Below are positions 58,074 through 64,000 of a DNA stretch of 64,000 nucleotides, in pieces. Position 1 is the first letter of the stretch, and each line of letters starts with the position of its first letter. A program made the translations under genes and the position numbers. The stretch comes from Candidatus Latescibacterota bacterium (GTDB lineage Bacteria; Latescibacterota; UBA2968): assembly GCA_965208125.1 (NCBI GenBank), contig OZ242320.1:4640001-4704000 (forward strand), given 5' to 3'. The notes under the pieces are model-generated. The model was not told the DNA's origin and did no database searches. It worked only from the letters and a program-made list of their open reading frames with translations.

Positions 58074-58433
58074 ATGCCTACCGCACTTCTCATTGTCGAT
58101 CACGGTTCCAGGCGCGAAGAAGCCAATCAGATGCTTCACGGCGTTGCCGATATTTTGCGGCAAGAACGCCCCGAGATCATTGTCCACGTCGCGCATATGG
58201 AACTGGCCGAACCCACTATTAGACAGGGCATTGATGCGTGTGTGCGCGAGGGGGCGAGTGAGATCGTTGTCCATCCCTACATGCTGTCTCCCGGACGCCA
58301 TGCCACGGAGGATATTCCGCGTATGGCGACAGAAGCGGGGGCTGCATATCCAGATGTACGTATCCGCGTTACCGAACCTCTTGGCTTGCACGAAAAACTC
58401 TGCGAGGTTATTCTCCAACGCGCCGGGTTGTGA
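58074..58433 (+). CDS. Small CbiX/SirB-type sirohydrochlorin chelatase
   Basis: IVDHGSR, AHMELAEP, HPYMLSPGRHATEDIP, EPLGLH; 119 aa. Confidence 0.9.
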   Translation: MPTALLIVDHGSRREEANQMLHGVADILRQERPEIIVHVAHMELAEPTIRQGIDACVREGASEIVVHPYMLSPGRHATEDIPRMATEAGAAYPDVRIRVTEPLGLHEKLCEVILQRAGL

Positions 58434-58438
58434 AGGAA

Positions 58439-58536
58439 AGCGATCAGCCATTAGCTTTCAGCTTCCCACCTATCCGCCCGGGTAAGATCGCTGATTACTT
58501 GTTTTACTGACTGCTGACCACTGACTGCTGAAAGCT
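58439..58536. repeat. Inverted arrays of 7-bp tandem repeats
   Basis: Left AGCGATC-AGCCATT-AGCTTTC-AGCT; right CTGACTG-CTGACCA-CTGACTG-CTGAAAG-CT. Confidence 0.75.
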
Positions 58537-58541
58537 ATTTT

Positions 58542-59780
58542 ATGTCCACAGAAACTGCGCCATCTTTTCGTTCTGACTCAAGAGGGGATTTGCGCCCTGT
58601 TTTTTATATTACCGCTGCACACATGGCGTTGGATTTTTATATGGTCCTCACACCGCCATTGTGGGCTTTTTTTCAGAGTCATTTCAATCTTACGGTGGCG
58701 CAGTTTGCCTATTTGCCCACGGTGATTGTCTTTTGCGGTTCTATCACGCAACCCTTTATGGGATATTTTAGCGATGGACGCGATCGCATGGCCCTCGCTG
58801 CGCTGGGGCTTTTTGTCACGGGAATTTTTGTCTCTTGCATCGGTTTTGCGCCCAGCGCTTATATACTCGCTGCGTTTTTGATTTTCGCGTCTTTTGGGTC
58901 CTCTCTTTTTCATCCCACCGCCGGGGGATTGGTCACGGCTTTAACGCCGCATCGAGCCAATCTGTCTATGGCTATTTTTCTGACGGGGGGAACGCTGGGG
59001 ATGGCGCTCGCTTCAATTACCGGGACGCAGATTGTCGAGCGATACGGCATCCAATATCTGTGGCTTATTGTCATCCCTGTCTTGATTCTCGCGCCATTTA
59101 TCCTTTGGCAGTCTCGAAAAATCCCCGTGCATGAACGCCGCATAACCGCGGGTAAAATCGATTTCTCCATTTTGAATAAGCCCTACTCTCTGCGGACGCT
59201 TTTTGCTTTTTTTAACAAAACGCGCTCTCTGTGGACGCTTTTTGCCATTAGTGTGTTGCGCTCCATTGTTCACACGGGTTTTGTCAGTTTTACAGCTATT
59301 TTGGGGGCGTCTCGCGGCTGGGCTACCAGCGAAATTGGTTGGGTTTTTTCCTGTTATTTGCTTTCCAGCACGCTGGGGCGCATTACGGGTGGTTATCTGG
59401 CAGATCGCCTGTCGCAGCGCAAGCTTCTGGCTTTTTCGTGTGCTTCGTCCGCGATTTTTCACGCGGGTTTTTGTCTGACAGACGGATATGTGTCGCTCAT
59501 TTCGTTTTTTGTGGCGGGGTATTTGTTCGATCTCGGCATTACGACGAATATCTCTTTGGCGCAACGCGCCTTGCCGCACAATACGAGTACAGCGACCGGA
59601 TTGGTGATGGGCTTTTCCTGGGGCATGGCGGGCCTTGCCATGATTGGTGTGGGTAGCCTTGCCGAATGGACTTCTACTGCTACTGCGCTTACGGTTGTAT
59701 CTATGGTGCTCATTCCGGCAGCTTTTCTGGTCGCGCTGCTGCCTACTGAGTATGGTGAGGTGAGAAGCAAAAAAAAATAA
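58542..59780 (+). CDS. MFS transporter (Fsr-like)
   Basis: About 12 hydrophobic segments; AHMALDFY, TQPFMGYFSD, GSSLFHP, GGYLADR. Confidence 0.92.
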   Translation: MSTETAPSFRSDSRGDLRPVFYITAAHMALDFYMVLTPPLWAFFQSHFNLTVAQFAYLPTVIVFCGSITQPFMGYFSDGRDRMALAALGLFVTGIFVSCIGFAPSAYILAAFLIFASFGSSLFHPTAGGLVTALTPHRANLSMAIFLTGGTLGMALASITGTQIVERYGIQYLWLIVIPVLILAPFILWQSRKIPVHERRITAGKIDFSILNKPYSLRTLFAFFNKTRSLWTLFAISVLRSIVHTGFVSFTAILGASRGWATSEIGWVFSCYLLSSTLGRITGGYLADRLSQRKLLAFSCASSAIFHAGFCLTDGYVSLISFFVAGYLFDLGITTNISLAQRALPHNTSTATGLVMGFSWGMAGLAMIGVGSLAEWTSTATALTVVSMVLIPAAFLVALLPTEYGEVRSKKK

Positions 59781-59793
59781 AAGGCAAGGTGGG

Positions 59794-62700
59794 ATGGCTC
59801 ACACGAAGACACAAAGCCACAAAGAAGGGTGGGGGCTGAGGTGGTGTTACGCGCTTGCTGTGGTTATCAGTGGTTTCTTTTTCCAAATGGCGCACGCGCA
59901 ACCCGCGTATTCTCCCGGGCAGATTCTCGTCAAGTTTCGCAACGCAAAGCCAGCACTTGCACAATTCCGCGATCTATCAGAACGCCATGGCGTAACGGCG
60001 ATTGAACCGCTTTTTACGCCGCGAAGTGCCAAGGCCGTTTATCCCCATCCTTTAACGCGTGTGTACCGCGTGCGTCTGTCAAGTGATCCTGTCGCAGCCG
60101 CAGCCGATTACGCATTGCGTCCCGATGTTGTGTATGCACAGCCCAATTATTTGTTTACGCACCAGCAAGTATCCAATGACCCGCGCTATAGCGATCAGCG
60201 TAGCCTTCAGACTCTCGGTTGGGAGCTACTGCAACAAAATCTCGGTCCCATTCGAGAACAGATCGTTGTCGCAATCATTGATTCAGGCGTCGATTATAAC
60301 CACGAAGACTTGCGCGACAATATCTGGCACAATGCAGCAGAAGTGAACGGCGAGGCTGGAGTAGATGACGATGGGAATGGGTATATTGACGATATAAGGG
60401 GCTGGGATTTCACCCATGCGCCCGATCTGCCGGGAATAGGGGATTATCTCAATCGCGATAACGATCCACAAGATGAATCGGCGCACGGTACGCGCGTTGC
60501 CGGCATTGTAGCAGCTACGGTGAATAACAATCGAGGTATTGCCGGTATTGCACCCAATGCACAGCTTATGGCCCTGCGGGCTGGTTTGAGACGGCTTGGC
60601 GGCATTGGCTTTCTCGAAGAAGATGATATTGCAGCAGCCATTCTCTATGCCGTAGAAAATGGCGCGCATGTCATTAATATGAGTTTGGGAGGGCCTGAGC
60701 GCACTTTTATCCTGGGCGATGTAATCCAATACGCGCATGCCCAGGGCGTTGTGCTCGTCGCCTCTGCGGGGAACTCGGGTGATGAGTTGGGTTATCCTGC
60801 AGGCAATCACTATACGATTGCCGTAGGTGCGGTAAACCACTCTGACCGCCTGGCGAGTTTTAGCAGTACGGGCGCGTCGCTCGATCTGGTTGCGCCGGGT
60901 GTCAGTATCCTCAGCACGTACCTGAATAACCGCTATGCTTCAGGCTCTGGCACTTCTTTTTCCGCGCCTCACATATCCGGTCTGGTTGCGCTGATTCTCT
61001 CACGTCGGCCCGATCTTTCGCCCCACTCTGTGCGCAATTTGCTCATCGCATCTGCAATTGACCTGGGTCCACCGGGACACGATAATGATTATGGGGCAGG
61101 GCGCGTGAGTGGCGCGCAACTCGCAGACCGCCTGAATACTTTCGATCCGCTAACAGTTGCGATTCAATCTCCCGCTAATGACGAGGGGGAAGATACCGCG
61201 TTTGATATTCGCGCTTCTGTTTCGGGCGCGCAGGTCACGGATTATCGCCTGTCTTATGGCCTGGGGCGCAATCCACAAACCTGGACACTTCTCGCAGAAG
61301 GTTTGCCCTCTCGGGATATTCACCATACGTGGGATGTTTCTGGGTTTGCAAATTCTGACGCGGTTTTGCGACTCGAGGCAGATTTGTCGGATGGCGTGGT
61401 CGTGGAAGACCGCGTTCGTATCGCTATAGAAAAAACAGCCCCAACTATCACCGCACTCGCGTGTGGCGATGTATTGGAGGACGACCGCCGCGTTTTTGAA
61501 TGTCGCTGGCGAACCGATCAACGCGCACACGGGGGAATTGCCTATCTCTATGGCGCGGATTTTGATACTCTGTACACCGGCCTGGTGCAAAACAAACACC
61601 GCGTTGTTCTGCCCCACACATTGCCTGCAGGTGTTGTGACATTTCACGTTTTGGCTGATGGAGAGAACAATATCCGCGCGGTGCATCCGGCACAGAAAAT
61701 TGATTATGTTCCTTTTCGCGTCCCACGAAATGGCTTTGTGGAAAGGGGCACATTGCCCGATGGTTTTTTGCCCGACCGCGCGTCGGATTTTGACCGTGAT
61801 GGCAGGCTGGAAATCGCGCTTATGCCCTATGTTACGGGCGATTCTTATGGGCCAGTGCATATTTACGAACGTCAGACGGATGGCACATTTATCAATGAAT
61901 TTCAAAGCGATGAGCGTTTTTTGCCCTGGGCAATTGGCGATATTACAAATGATGGGATCGATGATTTATTAGGTGTGACTTATGAGCGTCTTGTGCTTTT
62001 TACAGATAGCTTCTCCAATCCCTATCCCGCGCAGGTGGAATTTGAACATCTCGGCACATGGGGCGGCGATTTTGCCGATGTGGATGGCGATAGCATTCCC
62101 GATATTATCGCTCGTGCAGGCGATCAGCGCGGTATCCGCGTGATTCGCAATCTCGGCAGTGTGATCCGCGAGGAGATATTTCTCGCCGATCCCTCACAGG
62201 GAACTGGCGACCTTGGCCCGCGCTTTGTGGTTGCGGACTTTGATCGGGATGAACAGCAGGAAATTCTCGCTGCCGATGCCGATGGCGATCTCTGGATGTA
62301 CGAATATCGCGCGGGAAGATACGTGCAGACATGGTATTTGCCGGGCGATGGGGACGCGCGCTGGATTGGCGGGGGCATGGATTTGGATGGCGATGGGGTG
62401 GTCGAATTTGCTGTTGCTCGCGCGTACACAGATGCGTATGAGGCTTCCAATGGTTTCTGGGAACTGGAGATTTACAGTATGCGTGCGCCCGATACTTATG
62501 CACGCGAATGGGCGACGCGGATTCACGGGGTGGCGACCACGGGCAATGGGATTTCAGCAGGAGATGTCGATGGGGATGGCCTGGCCGATTTGATAGTATG
62601 CCTGCGTCCCGATCTCTATGCTTTTCGCGCCGAGAAGCCCGATTACTATCGCCCGATCTGGCATACATCGGTGGGTTTGATGCGCCGCGCACTCATTGCT

Positions 62701-63495
62701 GATCTGGACAAAGATTTTCACAATGAGGTGCTTTTTAATTTTGATGGTGCAGTGCATATCGTTGAACGCGATGAACCGCCGACCGCAGTGGGATCACCAC
62801 AGATTATACGCGCGCGGCCTCTGGGACCAACCCGCGTTGAAATCGACTGGATGCAAGTGCCCGATGCGTCTTCTTACCAGATTTATCGCGCTGTCGGCGA
62901 TAGCGCGCTCGATTATTTTGATGAGATTAGCAACCGCACGGTGTATATTGATTCCTTGCTGACCGAAGGACAGACCTATCGCTATCAGATTATCGCTGTG
63001 GCTGATCAGGACCTTCGCTCGGGTATTGTATCTCTCACGCCGAATCGTGCGCCAGAAGTCGTGCGTGTTGAAACTCTCTCAGATAACCAGATTCAAATTT
63101 TCTTTTCGGAAGAGATGGGCTCAGATGCGGCCCTGCCGTCGAGTTATCTGCTCGGCGGTGTTGGACAACCCACATCTGTGATTCTCGATCGGCAAAATAC
63201 TCGAGCTGTTCTGTCCTTTGCCGTGCCGTTTCCGGCCCGCTATACATTGACTGTTATCAATGTTTCCGATGCGAGCGGTACACCACTTGGGCTGATAACT
63301 ATTTCAGATACTATTGATCCAGACCTTCTCGCTCGAGCCGATGCCGATGGCAGTGGTGTTATTGATTTTGCGGATTTCCTATCTTTTGTCCACGCATTTC
63401 AAACTTCTGATTCTACATTTGATTTTGATGGCGACGGTATCGTCAATTTCTCCGATTTTCTCATCTTTGTCAATCTCTTTGGTCGAGTAGTGTGA
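59794..63495 (+). CDS. Secreted S8 subtilase with FG-GAP/VCBS repeats, Fn3, Ig-like and C-terminal dockerin-like double EF-hand
   Basis: IIDSG, HGTRVAG, SGTSFSAP triad; repeated DFDRDG/DVDGD/DLDGDG; DADGSGVIDFADF and DFDGDGIVNFSDF. The true start may lie a few codons downstream. Confidence 0.92.
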   Translation: MAHTKTQSHKEGWGLRWCYALAVVISGFFFQMAHAQPAYSPGQILVKFRNAKPALAQFRDLSERHGVTAIEPLFTPRSAKAVYPHPLTRVYRVRLSSDPVAAAADYALRPDVVYAQPNYLFTHQQVSNDPRYSDQRSLQTLGWELLQQNLGPIREQIVVAIIDSGVDYNHEDLRDNIWHNAAEVNGEAGVDDDGNGYIDDIRGWDFTHAPDLPGIGDYLNRDNDPQDESAHGTRVAGIVAATVNNNRGIAGIAPNAQLMALRAGLRRLGGIGFLEEDDIAAAILYAVENGAHVINMSLGGPERTFILGDVIQYAHAQGVVLVASAGNSGDELGYPAGNHYTIAVGAVNHSDRLASFSSTGASLDLVAPGVSILSTYLNNRYASGSGTSFSAPHISGLVALILSRRPDLSPHSVRNLLIASAIDLGPPGHDNDYGAGRVSGAQLADRLNTFDPLTVAIQSPANDEGEDTAFDIRASVSGAQVTDYRLSYGLGRNPQTWTLLAEGLPSRDIHHTWDVSGFANSDAVLRLEADLSDGVVVEDRVRIAIEKTAPTITALACGDVLEDDRRVFECRWRTDQRAHGGIAYLYGADFDTLYTGLVQNKHRVVLPHTLPAGVVTFHVLADGENNIRAVHPAQKIDYVPFRVPRNGFVERGTLPDGFLPDRASDFDRDGRLEIALMPYVTGDSYGPVHIYERQTDGTFINEFQSDERFLPWAIGDITNDGIDDLLGVTYERLVLFTDSFSNPYPAQVEFEHLGTWGGDFADVDGDSIPDIIARAGDQRGIRVIRNLGSVIREEIFLADPSQGTGDLGPRFVVADFDRDEQQEILAADADGDLWMYEYRAGRYVQTWYLPGDGDARWIGGGMDLDGDGVVEFAVARAYTDAYEASNGFWELEIYSMRAPDTYAREWATRIHGVATTGNGISAGDVDGDGLADLIVCLRPDLYAFRAEKPDYYRPIWHTSVGLMRRALIADLDKDFHNEVLFNFDGAVHIVERDEPPTAVGSPQIIRARPLGPTRVEIDWMQVPDASSYQIYRAVGDSALDYFDEISNRTVYIDSLLTEGQTYRYQIIAVADQDLRSGIVSLTPNRAPEVVRVETLSDNQIQIFFSEEMGSDAALPSSYLLGGVGQPTSVILDRQNTRAVLSFAVPFPARYTLTVINVSDASGTPLGLITISDTIDPDLLARADADGSGVIDFADFLSFVHAFQTSDSTFDFDGDGIVNFSDFLIFVNLFGRVV
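59802..59825 (+). repeat. Three tandem 8-bp units CACRAAGN
   Basis: CACGAAGA-CACAAAGC-CACAAAGA. Confidence 0.6.
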
Positions 63496-63515
63496 GAGTT
63501 GGAGACTGATAGGGT

Positions 63516-64000
63516 GTGATCGTGAATATTGGTATTCCCAAACGCGCGTTTTTTCAGGTGGCTTTTCCCTGTGTGTTTCGCGCAGATGCCCCGGTGATTG
63601 ATGGCGTCCTCAATGACTGGAAGGCGACTCATCTGGTGCCTGATTTGACCGGGATTGAAGGGAAAAATCCCTTTGCCGATGTGTATATGGCCTGGCACGA
63701 TACCGGGTTGTTTTTTGCCGTTGATGTGAAAGGTAGCGGCGGACGTGCGCCAGATGTTCGCAGTCCATTGCGCGGTGACGGCTTTCAGGTGTGGATTGAT
63801 ACGCGCGATGTGCGTAATGCACCTCGGGGAAGCCGCTATTGTCACCATTTTTGTTTTTGGCCGGGCAAGGGAAAGGCGCGAGCCGGGGGAAGACAGTTCC
63901 GTCTGCGACGGGCGAGAGCGCATCCCAGGTTGTGCGATCCCGAGCGTCTAAAGGTGGCTTCAAAGGAGCACAAAACGGGATATCACCTGGAAGCCCATAT
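63516..64000 (+). CDS. CBM9/DOMON-like sugar-binding domain protein (runs off the window)
   Basis: Hand translation, absent from the ORF track: ...APVIDGVLNDW...FADVYMAWHDTGLFFAVDV...GDGFQVWIDTR...GYHLEAH, open to the window end. Confidence 0.75.
   Translation, partial: MIVNIGIPKRAFFQVAFPCVFRADAPVIDGVLNDWKATHLVPDLTGIEGKNPFADVYMAWHDTGLFFAVDVKGSGGRAPDVRSPLRGDGFQVWIDTRDVRNAPRGSRYCHHFCFWPGKGKARAGGRQFRLRRARAHPRLCDPERLKVASKEHKTGYHLEAH

Overview
Bacterial chromosomal window with no rRNA, CRISPR, integrase or transposase. The gene content resembles marine or sponge-associated Ca. Latescibacterota-like or PVC-like heterotrophs; this is inference, not a taxonomic assignment. It has three parts. (1) 1-31.5 kb is a mosaic catabolic region: six Cys-type sulfatases, PhyH dioxygenases, a non-canonical GH32, a beta-propeller GH, a GH82 iota-carrageenase homolog, LamG-GH116, a multicopper oxidase-redoxin fusion, a DUF1553/DUF1501 pair, Fic, GMC and SDR. 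It carries several rearrangement scars: a tRNA 3' remnant, a chimeric gene stub, a 13-bp direct repeat around the GH82 gene and an orphan terminator. (2) 31.7-41.4 kb is housekeeping: radC, DUF62, an unusual HAD-YvcK/GlmR fusion with a HAD paralog, comF, pfk-gap-pgk-tpiA-secG-tRNA-Leu(GAG). (3) 41.4-64 kb holds more sulfatase/Gfo-Idh-MocA/enolase-superfamily/PhyH operons (one sulfatase resembles human ARSK), two secreted proteins with a shared dockerin-like double EF-hand module, an MFS transporter and several small repeat elements. All calls come from motif recognition by eye; no database search was run.
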